From Lepidodermella squamata (lineage: Eukaryota; Animalia; Gastrotricha): 64,000 nucleotides of DNA. Of this stretch, positions 41,504 through 57,528 are shown piece after piece. Numbering within the stretch: the stretch's first letter is position 1; each line of letters begins with the position of its first letter. The stretch is from the NCBI GenBank assembly GCA_047495785.1, contig JBLDXI010000054.1:3472001-3536000 (forward strand), read 5' to 3'. The position numbers were made by a program, and so were the translations under genes. The notes below the pieces were generated by a model. That model saw only the letters and a program-made list of their open reading frames with translations, was not told the origin of the DNA and made no database searches.

Positions 41504-42114
41504 ATGGCTTACCATTCAGATACTTCTAACATTATGTGCAGGTTTGTTGATCTCACTTTTTATGAGGAACGAAAGTCAAAGTTTTGTCTTTTAGATTTTT
41601 CAAGCAAGGCGCGTGCACTAAAGGTGCATCTTGCAAGTTCTCGCACAACGCTTCGCTGATCAACGACGATCAAAAGCAGCCATGTCGTTACTACCTTCAA
41701 GGAACGTGCAAATACGGCGAAAGTTGCTGGTTCAGTCACTCGACCCCGAAACTCGCCGGACCTGAAGCCTTTCAAAATGATATAAACGCCACAGGCCAAA
41801 ACTCGCACAGTGGAGACATGAATCAGAGCTACCCTCAGCTTGTCGGATACCCTCAGTCAGCTGCGGCTAGCATGTCATTTTCGACCATGCCGGTTAGTAG
41901 TATAGCAACTGCTACCGCTCACCAATTGGCGTCGTACAATCAAACTACTGCTGGTCAGCAACAACAGTCATACGGCTTTCCGAACCTCCCACTCAGCGTC
42001 GCCACGCAGCAATACGCCCAGTACGCGTTTCCTGCGGCTGGCTTATCGTCCGCCTATCCCAATATGCCCTCGAACTACGTCAGCATGATGCCTCGAGGAA
42101 CGTATCCTCAATGA
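41504..42114 (+). CDS. Tandem CCCH zinc-finger protein (makorin N-terminus-like, no RING) with Q/S/Y/A-rich tail, 185 aa
   Basis: Exon 41504-41541 plus exon 41595-42114: CRFFKQGACTKGASCKFSH and CRYYLQGTCKYGESCWFSH, then a low-complexity tail. Confidence 0.8.
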
Positions 42115-43255
42115 AAGCAGTGTTTGTGAATAGCAGTTTTTTCACTCAATGAAAAAAGAACATTAAGATTTCGCCCATGAACACAATGATAGTCAAAATC
42201 ATTTTGCAAAAACGGAATGAAGTCGAGAAGCGTTGTAAGAGCTACAATAATAAGATTTCTGAACAAGCCCAAGCTGCTCATTTCGATGTCATTTCATCTT
42301 TTTGTTCTTGGGTAGGTGCGTCTTATATAATATAGTAAAGCAAAGTTATACTACAGCAAAATAGAGTGTGCATTATATAGAGAACTCTCCGGAGAAATCA
42401 ATTATTATAATTACTATTATTGCGTGTTATAAATGAATATTATAAAAAATATGCAAAATATTTATCATATTCGTTTTCTACGGTCCATTCATTGATCGTA
42501 CAGTTATTCACATTCTTCTTTAAATACATATGCATATGCTTTTTGTTCATTTCGAAAGCGTTGGACCCGAGAAAACGGTTGCATAACGCCCCTCTGTCGT
42601 GGTCTTTACATTTTGCCACACCATCATCTCGTCTTTGAAACATCTTTTACTAGTAATAATGTTCATTTACAAGGGAATAAATCTGCTGTTTGTGCGCGGT
42701 CTGACATCTTAAACAGTCTTTGTAATAAAGTGTAATATCAGTCAATCGTCTCGCTTCAGCTCGAAAAAAAGATTTGAATTGTTGCTGTTTTTTGTTGTTT
42801 CATGATGATAAATATCGCGTGATACATTTGAAACTCGAAATGAACTGTCATCCAGTGATATAAAAAAATAACTAGCTGTTTAGGTTAGAGTCGACGAAAT
42901 ATGCCTGAAACGAAATTCATTCAACAGCCTCGACTTCGCTGAGTTGACTGACTCGTAATTTATCCTCTTTATGTGTTGCTATAATTGAGATGCGGATGAT
43001 GTTGAAGATGGGGAGTTGAGATCGGAAAAAGAAGATGAGAAGAAACTGACACAAACAAACGTATCTTTCCTAAAATATGTTCACATATTTCCTCTTTCCT
43101 CGCGCTCTATTCATGTCCTTTGATGTTGTGTTTTGTGCGCTTCCGAGCAAAAAAAAAGAGTAAAGTTTGAAAAGCCGCAATAATCATGTTATTTTTCCAA
43201 TTTTTTAGGGAGTGCGGAGTTATTTTTATTATAATTGATTGTGCCACATCGTAGA

Positions 43256-44599
43256 ATGCACTCCGCACGAGACACCTCGGGTGTGCTCTGCCGGTACTTC
43301 AAACAAGGCAACTGTTACCGAGGATCATCGTGTCATTTTTCGCACGACCTTCGTTCCGAAAACGTTTGCCGATACTTTCTACAAGGAACTTGTGCTTATG
43401 GCGATCGATGTCGCTACGACCATGTTCGACCATCCCAAACAAACACAGCCTCGACTTCCTCCGGCAGCAACGCTCCCAAGCCGTCTTTCATCGCAACCCA
43501 AACTCCAGATGTCTCAGCGTGGCAGCAAAAGCCGACCAGTCAACCGCCACTGCCGTCATCGTCTTCGGAAATGGCTCAAGCAGATCAAGGTGCTATAGCG
43601 TGTGGGAAACTCGAAGACGCCCCGCTCTGCCCTTACGGGGTGCGAAATGGCACGTGTGAGATTCCCGACTGCGCGTTTCTCCACGGCGAGCTCTGCGAAG
43701 TTTGCCAACTCATGATACTCCACCCTTTCAACGAACAACTGCGCCGTGAACACAAAACCCTGTGCGAACAACAATTTGAGGAGGATCTTCACTATTCGTT
43801 TGCCGTCGAGGCGAGTAAAGACAAAGTTTGCGGCATTTGCCTCGAAGTCGTTCTCGACAAAGAGTCGCCGAATGAGCGTAAATTCGGCATTCTCGACTGC
43901 TGCGATCACATTTTTTGCCTCAAGTGCATCCTTTCGTGGCGCCACACCGGACCGGAGATGGCTCGCGAGGCCATCAAGTCATGCCCGGAATGCCGTCGAA
44001 CTGCTAGTTTCATCATGAAATCAGATTATTGGTGTGACACGCCTGATGCGAAAAAGGTCCTTGTCGATAAGTGGAAAGAAAACGCGAAGAAAAAACCGTG
44101 TAAATTCTGGAAATCTGAGGGGTATTGCCGGTTTAATGATAAGTGCTATTTTTCGCATGATGGAACGCCTGGCCAGAGGCGGCGGCGTCTTCACAACGAC
44201 CGTGGCGTTTTCTTCGATGAAGCTCATCAACTCGATTTCGTGTCGCTGCTACTCGAAGCAACTCGCCGACATGGCAATATCAACCCGTCCTCACTGCTTT
44301 TTTCGCTTTCAGACGACGACTCCGACGACGTGAGTCTCGAAGCTGCCGAGGACTACATTGGGTCTTTCGCCAACGTCGATCGCGCTGGGCATATTTTCCT
44401 GCCCGAAGACGATGATGACGACGATGATGACGATGAAGATGGAACTATTACCTCTGGCGATAATTTGCCGGACTGGACGACGGATGATGATGACGGCGAT
44501 GAGGTTAGCTGGGTCCCGACTGCCTTTACTGCGAACAATGAAACTGCCTCGACCTCGAACGCTGCGGATCAACCTTCGCTCTTCGATCAACCCGACTAA
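43256..44599 (+). CDS. MKRN: Makorin RING-finger E3 ligase, intronless CDS
   Basis: Three CCCH fingers, Cys-His motif (HGELCEVC...LHP...H...C), C3HC4 RING (SKDKVCGICLE...RKFGILDCCDHIFCLKCILSWR...CPECR), fourth CCCH and acidic tail. Confidence 0.93.
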   Translation: MHSARDTSGVLCRYFKQGNCYRGSSCHFSHDLRSENVCRYFLQGTCAYGDRCRYDHVRPSQTNTASTSSGSNAPKPSFIATQTPDVSAWQQKPTSQPPLPSSSSEMAQADQGAIACGKLEDAPLCPYGVRNGTCEIPDCAFLHGELCEVCQLMILHPFNEQLRREHKTLCEQQFEEDLHYSFAVEASKDKVCGICLEVVLDKESPNERKFGILDCCDHIFCLKCILSWRHTGPEMAREAIKSCPECRRTASFIMKSDYWCDTPDAKKVLVDKWKENAKKKPCKFWKSEGYCRFNDKCYFSHDGTPGQRRRRLHNDRGVFFDEAHQLDFVSLLLEATRRHGNINPSSLLFSLSDDDSDDVSLEAAEDYIGSFANVDRAGHIFLPEDDDDDDDDDEDGTITSGDNLPDWTTDDDDGDEVSWVPTAFTANNETASTSNAADQPSLFDQPD

Positions 44600-45365
44600 A
44601 ACTGAACGGCTAGATTTGTAACATTTGATCAATCAATATGAGCCTTGTTTGAAAAGTCTGAATATAGTGCAAAATACCACGCAATTAAGGAGGATTTTTC
44701 ATGTTGTGCGATTATCCCGGCTTAAATTTCAATATCCGGCCAGGGCTATTTCCTGGTTATTTTTGTTGAGAGAATCATTAGGTGGCTTGATTTGTGCCCA
44801 GTCTCGATATTATTGTTAGATGACGTAAACTAATATGCCATACCGCTATGATTTTTTCCACAGTGATGTAACAGCTGAGTTCTGATCTGAAGTATTGAGA
44901 TCACGCGGTTATTTGCTTTTCCTCGTGTCTATCTCTTTATTCCAGTGCTTTTCTGCCGTGTTCGCGCAGACGTGACTTGATTATTGCTATCAAATATTAA
45001 TATTATAATCAGAATAACAGCACTAAAAAGTATGTGAAGTGATATTTCGAGGCATTTTTTGTGTTCGGAAAACTGTTATATATCGGCTACTACTATGTTG
45101 ATCGAAACGCGCCCATCTACAAAATATTGGTTTTTTATGTCTGAAGTTGCAAATATTTGCTGGAAAGCTTGTTTTACTATTTTCTATGTGTATCTGAGAG
45201 AGGGAGAGACAGATCAATGTATCAATATCAAATGTCAGTATGTGAGAGTACCTAAAGAAAAAACAAACATAATAAAACTGAGCAAAACTTGAAAAGCCAA
45301 GCCAAATAATTGTGTTGTTTTAGGGTGGATTGGCGATTTTTATAAATCGAGTGTTTGTTATTCAA

Positions 45366-47294
45366 ATGGAACCTCTTCGTGACAAATCGAATAACCTGTG
45401 CCGATATTTTCTCAATGGTCACTGCACGCGAGGTACGTCGTGTAATTTTTCGCACGACCTGGGCACCGCTGCATCGATGCCGTCCCAGTCGCAATCTCAG
45501 CCGCAAGTTTGCCGGTTTTTCCAGCGCGGAAACTGTTCGTACGGCGATAGTTGCAGGTATATTACCTCGGGTTTAGTATTTTACGCCTCGCTACAATTTT
45601 CGTACCATCAGGTTTGCCCACATCCCGAGCCATGACCAAGGCAGCATGATGTCGAAACAATACGGCGGCCCGCCTCCTGATCAGCTGGGCGCATACGGTG
45701 GCCCTGGTTTCGAAGCGTCCGGAGGCCGTGGCGCTGGGCGAGGTGGGCGCGGTCGGGGAGGTCGAGGTGGAGGACGCGGAGGTCAACCCGGCTTTGGTGG
45801 CGAAGGGTAGGCTTGATTATATGAAACCTCGTGATATTTTTCCGGGGAATGCCTTTTGTCGGAGACCAACTTTCAAAGAATCACGAATCTCGTCGAAATC
45901 ACGGCAAATAGGGATTTCCTATGTGATGATGAGCCCTAATGCATAAATTCTTAGGCAGAATTCATAGGTATCTATTATTTATCAGAAATTGGCTATTATA
46001 TTTCCGACATTTTCGAATTTGTTTATTTAATCAGGGACAGACATGGAATAAACGGTGAATATTTCAGACGTTTTCATTCAAATTCAATTAGCGATGAAAA
46101 AACCCTAGAAGCTGGAATTTTCCATACCACACTTTGGCGTTGGGATAAATAAAGCCGTAACGTGGCGACTTTCGTTTGAAAGTATTATAGCTTTAATTGA
46201 TTACGCAAAAGTTACTTTTCCAAAACGCGGGTCTTTTTGGATAGTTAGCTTAACCGGTTGATGCGTATAACGAAAAATGTCTAATCCGGATTAGCTTCTT
46301 GACGGCAAAGTCCGGATTAGACCATCGTCCTTATATGCCAAGTCGACATATCGAGCCGCTGAAGATCGGATTAACTCTCAATCTGCCCGAGTGGGCCGCG
46401 GCTTCCCTTTTTATTGTTAAGCTATACATTTTTTATGTTCCCGTAATGCTGTTGAACTCATGTCACAAAATTGATACGAAAGTGTATCTGAGTTATGTAA
46501 CAAAGTGCGCTTGCATAAAAAAAGAAAGCCGTGTCGGTAAATTTGCGTTGAAAAAACCGTTCGTGAAAAATATGTACCTAACAGTTTTTATCTAGTATTG
46601 ATTGTAAAAAAGGGGGTCACAGAGGGTTTATTTATGCGAATCGTATACCTTTCGATGGGATGAGTGTGGCTCGCAAAATTGGGCGACCCCAAGATATTAG
46701 GGATAGCGAAATTCGAATGTGGTAACGTCCCTGTGATTGAGTAGTGGGGTTAAAGATGCAGTGCGGCGTTTTTTATACGCATTCTACATAGCCTGGTTGT
46801 ACTTTCAATAGACTTTCTTTTTATGCTAGAAGGACTCAGTTGATGGAGAATGATGGTTTATTTTTATTTTCAGAGACTTCGGATATCCTCGCCACCCCAA
46901 ACTAGGTAAAAATGCTGCCAAATATGCCGCCTATCTGCAGTCGGGTGAAATCGGCATCGACGATTTGAACAGTGCAATGTGGCATTGGTCTTCTGACGAG
47001 GAGGACGACGGGCCGATGTCGGAGCTCGAAATGATGATGGCGATGGCGATGATGCGCGGCGAGGAGGACGACGAGGAAGGCGACCCGTTCAACCGCTACG
47101 ACTACTCTGATGGCGACCTCGAAGACGTCGAGTCGACCGAGGACGAGTTCGAGCATGAAGGTTCATTTTCCGGCCGCGCCTCGCCGACGACGGTGAACAC
47201 GAAGCAGAACGCGTTTCAAGAAGACATCGAAAAGGAAGGCTTGATCGTGAAGCAAAGCCAGGCTCAGCCGATCAACTTCGAACTGCCCGACTGA
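45366..47294 (+). CDS. Tandem CCCH protein (makorin N-terminus-like, no RING) with RGG box and acidic tail, 268 aa
   Basis: Exons 45366-45556, 45612-45806 and 46874-47294 join in frame: CRYFLNGHCTRGTSCNFSHDL, CRFFQRGNCSYGDSCRFAH, GGRGAGRGGRGRGGRGGGRGG, D/E-rich C-terminus. Confidence 0.75.
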
Positions 47295-47707
47295 GATATG
47301 GCGTCTGATTTGTTTTATCGTGGCGATTTGTACAATCTCAAGCCAAGTCATGTTCATCTGTTTGAAAGTAATGAAAAGCGACTATTTTTTGTTCCACGAC
47401 ATTCCATGCCATGAAAGGTCTTTCAACTGAATGTCAACAATAAAACCCGCGTTGTACAGTATCAATGTGAAATATACCTATACCAGTCATAATTTGGCGA
47501 TAATAATGAATAAAACAAGAGCGGTAAATAAGAACTCGTGTTGTTTGTTTGTTTCACTTGGGTGCTCTAATTTGACGGGAAAAATCACGTGCTAAGGATG
47601 ACATTGATTGACGCATACGATGTACGGATGAATTCAGTGCGCGTCCATGGGTATTTAAGTTGTGCTGCGTTTCTTGTTTCTTGGTATCTTATAGCGCAGA
47701 AATAATC

Positions 47708-47911
47708 ATGAATTCACTCATTCAGCTCGCTTTATTTGCCGCACTGTTCGCCTGCTGCTTCTATGGTTGCCATGGCCTGAACACGTTCACATGCGAGAAA
47801 ATCGGTCATGCTTGCCGGGCTATTGGGGAGTCCACTTACACCGTTGGATGGAGAAATGCCTGCGTCAACATCAACAATGAATGTGTCCAAGTTGCGTGCC
47901 GAGCCGTCTGA
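47708..47911 (+). CDS. Small secreted cysteine-rich peptide (67 aa precursor)
   Basis: ATG in aatcATG context, hydrophobic signal-peptide-like N-terminus ending CHG, Cys-containing mature part, downstream AATAAA near 47966. Confidence 0.6.
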   Translation: MNSLIQLALFAALFACCFYGCHGLNTFTCEKIGHACRAIGESTYTVGWRNACVNINNECVQVACRAV

Positions 47912-48145
47912 GAAGTGATTATCAGGAACCATGAAACCTTCGATTTTCAATTTTACCTTTGATTGAATAAAATAAACCCGAAACAAAACAAGTGTTTTTT
48001 GCATGCCAACTTAGTTTATTCCTATGATCATCATCAGATAGCATTTGGTCAATGGTATCATCATCAAATGGGCCTAAGCTAGTAACGATTGAATGTGAGA
48101 AGATCACACGAAGTCAGTTAGTCGAGAACTGAGCGCGGATGTTGT

Positions 48146-51840
<3,695 letters not shown>

Positions 51841-54800
51841 TTCGCGACCAACTAACCAACTAATGCTAGTTCATTCTCAATTTTAACGGAAATGACAATA
51901 ATCTTATTCAACCATACCAAATCAATCTTGTTACACTTTCCCTTCTCTCTTGTTATGATGTGGATGATAATCTCTAATGCATCTTCAAGATCCATTCACT
52001 GATAAAGCAGAAAGATCTGTCTTTACCGGCGGCACCCTGTTTGCCCTTTTGCATGCTCTATTGGTGTGTGAAGCATTGAGCGTAAGAGAATAAATACTGA
52101 TGACTTTATTTAGCTTGAATCAAATTTCATACGCAACATGGAAAACCCCTGTTTTAACAAAGTTTGATACCTAAGTAAAAACAAAGGACTCATCGGCAAT
52201 GGTTATTGTGTTGTTACTTTTATCAAAAGATTTCGTATTATTCGGCTGATTTTTCAGCTGCAAAGCATGTGAATTTTTTGGTATTATGAAAAGGTTTTGA
52301 TCTGAATAAATGCGAATATTGGTTTATTTCCACCACGCCTTGTTTTTCGATCATCTCGTGTGTTTTCGCGTTGCTAAGTTGCCGTTGAATAGACCGGCTC
52401 TCAAAGCGCAAGCCCTCAATCGTTGTTGCATTGAGGGCAGTCACCGCGCGTCCAGGCCTTTCGTGTTCTCACCGATTGTAAACACGTCGAATAACAAGAT
52501 TTGCGCTATACCGTGATAAATTGCAATTTGCGGCATCAATAGAGACGAGCCGGTGGCCAGATGCATCTCGTGCCTGGGCTGAATAGCAACTCGCATGCGC
52601 GCATCTCGTGTCCCAGCTGGACAATGCTCATCGGCTGAAAAGCTTGTTTAACGACAATAAAAAGCCTGTTGTACACGTGAAGCGGCACGATACCAGTGGC
52701 AACTGGCTTGCGCTAGGCGCGGTCGGCATTCAGCTTTATAGCCACGCTACACAACAATTAAGGCGCATCCAGGCCCTATTAGCGCGCGGCTCGCGTCAGA
52801 TGTGGCTATCTTTTGCCGCTATCAATAACATTATTGTACTATTTCAATGACGATACCTGATGACCAAGCCCGAGTAATGCCTGTGACAATAATATTTTCG
52901 CCGGCAATCCACCGTTTTCAGCTCTGAAATCATACGGAGAATATTATGTATCTCATCAAGCATTCTGCCTTACCAAAGTAAGGCATTGAAGAAAAATTGA
53001 AAGAATTATGTCGAGGACGCTCCATAACTTTCAAACAATTCCAATTGTATTACATTTACATTTTGGACATGACAGTAAAATGGGGGATTTTTACAATAAG
53101 CAAGTACCGCTTGTATACTGTTTGGCTATTTTGAGGTTCTTATTCCTATTTTTAATACCGCAATAAAGTCAAGTCCCTTGCAATCGATTGAGGCAGCAAC
53201 GATTCTCATGTCTGTTGTGGAAAATAACCTTGGTTGCACCACAGAATTTTTGCTTATTCTTGAATTATACTAGTAGCTTGTAAATTGTATAGAGTTTTGG
53301 CAGATATTCGGCGTGAAAAATGATTATTTCGATTTGCGGTGGAACCGGACTTTTTAGCGCAGTATACCTACTTGTCTATTAGTTTATCTGGTCAGGTTCA
53401 GGCAGGTAGCAAAAATTCCTTTGATATTGAATGATTTCGTTGGCACCGCGAAGAAAAGGGCCGAACAGGTGTTACAGGTGTTTTTAGGGAAATTTCAGCT
53501 GATATTCGTGATCCCATAGAAAACTAGGTCTGTAGAGGCGACCAATAATACTGCTTTTTTTAAAACGTATTTTTTCGTTCCCTGGAAAATTTTGAACTTG
53601 GTCCTTCTATTCGTGGTATACCGACCATTTGGTGTTCGGCCACAATTCCAAAGTTTCACTGGAATCATGGATGAATTGAACAGAAATACAGAAATTCTGT
53701 CAAGCCAATCGAGCTATCACCTTGGGTGGCAGAAATCGTGATCTAAAAAGCATTCTTGAAGGCCTAAACATTTTCGATCCCGGTTAATTTTCACTATCGG
53801 TTTGCAGGAAAGTTTCCCAGGGTCTTCGTTATCTGGGCCTTTGTCAGTCAAAGTTGGGCATTCAATTTGTACTTGACAAATTGAGGAGTTCAGTCAAGCC
53901 AATTCAAATCATCGCTGGACTTCCATAAGTTGTTATACATCGAGAACATCTTCTTTCAAACGCAGGCTGACTTTTTTCAAAACGAAAAACATTACCCACA
54001 GCCATAATACCTATGAGTGTTAAGCCACTTCTAATCACAAATTTGGCTCGACTTACCCATTGCGTCCCGAAAATCCGTTCGAAGCGGCATCTGTATAGTT
54101 GAGTTGAAAAATTATAAATAAAAGTAATTCGCGTTATAAGAATTGGGTAGTAACTTCAATGCGTGGAGGCTGGGCGTTGGAGTTATCAACCAAGGTTTCA
54201 CCCAACACACAGCGCCTACGCAAGAAGTTCTAACCCAATGTGAATAGCGGGTGAAAACTAGCGAAGCCGTCGGGTAGCAGGAAAAAAATTGCGAAATTCG
54301 AAGTTTCACTTGTGCCGCAAAATCGTGAAAGTGAAGCTGAGACTGAAAATGGGAGGAAGTGGCGGCGCCGATGGCGTGACAAACCGAGATTCGGTCGATG
54401 GAAGCCAATTTGCTCGCTGTTGGCTTCAGGTGTAGCAATAAATGCAATAAATAAAAATCGCTGTTGTGATGTGGGTTTTAATGATGTTGGAAAATTGAGG
54501 CGCCACAGCAAATTGCCTTGTCCATCAAATGTCGGCGGCGACAATAACACCATTTGACTGCCTCTGGACGCTATAATATAGCAAAAGGTGCGTAATGGCG
54601 AGCGCAACCACGTTGGAGCCGGGCCATCGCGGTCGCGCGCCACCACAAGCGAATATTATATTTTCGCAAATATTTGCCGATTGGTTGTTAAAATGTCAAA
54701 TTACAGCCGACAGCAGCAGCTCCTTGTACATAGATATAGGTGTTGCTGGCGCCGATAAATGCGTATATAGGTATGAGCAATTTGCTTTCGTTTGGCCGCC

Positions 54801-55482
54801 GGCGCGTTATATTCATCAAGATCACATTTTAGCTGCGATAGCGGGCACGCACGCTGGATCCAGCTCACAAACACCAGTTTGTGCAGTTTGTTCGGCGTCG
54901 TATTTTACGCCAACAGTTTGTTTGCAATCAGCGGCAACCCAGCGCCAGCTTTCGGCACGCACCCTAGACAATTTTTACGCCGGCGACAGCGAAAAAAAAC
55001 GTGCGAAAAACTGTTAAATCTTGCTCTTTTTCAGCCGCGCTCCACCTTAATATACTGTTGACCCGTCTTACGTCGCTTAGAACAAATAAAAACAACAAAT
55101 GACCGGTTTTCAGGCGTAGTACTGAAGTTTTATTATTTTTCATGAAGAAAAAGAAGCAGGCTCGCAGGTTGTGTACAAGCAACAATACAAAGTTAACAGT
55201 AATTCTCTCTCTTCATGTTATATATACAAGAGCAACGAAATTATTCTTCCAAAGAACCGTCTTCCATTTCACACCGTACATTGCGAATATTGGCATAGCA
55301 CATGACAGGGTTCAAGCTAACAGTTAGTTTATAGTTGGTGATAATATCATTGCTAAATTTACAAGTTACAAGATGCACGAAATGCACCAGGGTTTTGCGT
55401 TTATTTTTTTATTCATGAAATCTTGGATATATCAAAATCATGAGCAAATTTTGCGTGTTACTCGACACATCTCCAAGGCCGC

Positions 55483-56860
55483 TCAATCTTCGGCAGCGAT
55501 CGGAGCGTCACCGGAGATCTTAGGTATGCGAACGTCGCCGTCGTCTGATGCTGATGAAGGCGACAAGGCGATGAAGTAGTACAGGGCAGCCGCGATTATC
55601 AACACGATTAGCACAATCAAGATAGAGCTGAATCCACCGCTCGATTGCTCAGCTCCAGACTTGGCAGCTGAAGCAGCCGGGCTGTTGCCAGCCAAACCCC
55701 TGAAATTTCATGAAAGATGAAAAATCCTCCTTAAAAATTGCTTATCGCAACTCACTTTCTTTGGCGGAGATCGAAGCCGCCAGTCGAAACCGGGGTATTT
55801 TTCACTGGTTCCCGAGGGGTAATCAGACTTGGGTTGAAGGAGCCGGAAGATCCAGGGAATTGACGAGAGGCGCTTGTTGCAGCTAAAATGTGGAAAAAAA
55901 ATAAAAATTAGCCACAAAGCTCGAATAAAGCAATTCAGTTTGTTATCAAAAGATGTTGTTATCAAGAAGATAGAGGAAATTTATGATCGTATATCTAGCG
56001 CAAATAACCATAGTAAGTCGAGGGCGATTTAACACTAGCTTCATAACGACTAGATTGAGCGGTAACTTCAGGCACAGTGGCTTTCGCTTCACGTTCCGGG
56101 TAGTATAGTCTACCCACGGCAATTGACGAGGTCTGTTGCTTCACCGGCTCTTGATGAGCAATCTTCGCCTGGCCAGGAACAGGCAATTGATTAGTCTGGC
56201 TATAAGAATAACTCGATGAAGTGGTGACTGTCGACGAAGTGATCGAAGCTTTTTGCGAAACCGATTCAGAGACGGCCGATACTTTACCCATGTTAAAATG
56301 CGATGCCGGATTTACATTTTCAGGTTCAATATCATACACGTGAGGCTTTGAACCTGCTGAAAGACATTTTACAAAAAAGAGATGAACAGCCATATTCAAG
56401 GGAAGGCAAAGAGCAACTACGATTCAATCATCTCAACTTCAACGCCATGAAATCAATTTCGTATAATCCTTCAAACCCGAACAAAAAGGTAAATTCATAC
56501 AACAAAATTGCTGAGTAACTCACCAAACGAAGGAGTAGGCGTAGATGTGTTGATTGGAGGGTGATGAAGCATAGATTCGTTATACGGTGTTCGGGGTGCA
56601 GTGCCTGCAGTCGAGTGGCGGCCCTGCTCTACTGGCTCCTCGTCATCGGCGGTTCCGTTCGAAGCTGGGATTGGAGCAGCTGAACGAATCGACGGAGTGA
56701 AATACTTGCCCACGTCTTCACCGGCCTGCATCTTCCGAAAGATGGTTTCCAAAGTTCGCCTCGTCGAAGGGTTGCATGGGCCAGGCTTGTGACCAGCGTC
56801 GATGAACGCCTGGCGAAGCTCGGCGTCAGACAGTGCTTTGACCGAATCGTTGGAAGCCAT
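55483..56860 (-). CDS. LEM-domain inner nuclear membrane protein (emerin/LAP2-like), 4 exons
   Basis: N-terminal LEM VKALSDAELRQAFIDAGHKPGPCNPSTRRTLE, S/T-rich middle, C-terminal TM ILIVLIVLIIAAALYYFIAL. Confidence 0.85.
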
Positions 56861-57249
56861 TTAGCACGGAATTTTGAAATTAATAATCCTCTACAAATTC
56901 AGCCATAGTATGAACCACATTATGTAACAAGATGATGATTATCAATGGGCAGTGGACAATACAATCAATTTTTCCGAACTTCCGATTACAATTATGTAAC
57001 TCATTGAACATTGAATATCTCATTCTACGCTGGGTTAGTGAGATAATCGCTCTCGCATATGCCATCAAATCGAGGCTGTTTGTATTTCATACCGAATACA
57101 ATGAAGCGTCCTTTCAAGCTCTCCATGTCAGCTTCTCGAATTTAGACCTCAGAGAGTGTATAACAGACTCAATATTCAATTCAAAAGCTTCTTCCGTCGC
57201 TTTTCTTGCGTTTGATGTCGGTGGCGAGCATTATTACTGCATTCAATAA

Positions 57250-57528
57250 ATGAGCGACTCGACAGACAAAACCGAAGACTTCGACTTCTCGGGCTGCGCA
57301 AATTTTATGAAATTTGACGCATTCAAGTTTGCCAATCCGCTATACTGCTTGTGTCGCAAAGCTGATGACAAAACGGAAGAAATGCTCGAATGCAGATAAT
57401 GCAAAGAATTGTACCACTTCTCATGCGTATCACTCAAAGTTGTTCCAAGAGGCCGTTGGCTATGCCCCGCGTGCAAATTATCAGCTGGCTATCGAAAACA
57501 GCCCAGCAATATCTTTACGAAAGTATAA
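57250..57528 (+). pseudogene. PHD-finger ORF interrupted by an in-frame TAA
   Basis: MSDSTD...LYCLCRKADDKTEEMLECR*CKELYHFSCVSLKVVPRGRWLCPAC. Full C4HC3 ligand set, but TAA at 57397-57399. Confidence 0.7.

Noticed and set aside
57397-57399. Alternative genetic code or readthrough to explain the PHD stop
   Set aside because: TAA is used as a normal stop in conserved genes here (BRAP, DDX20, tubulins, KIFAP3).
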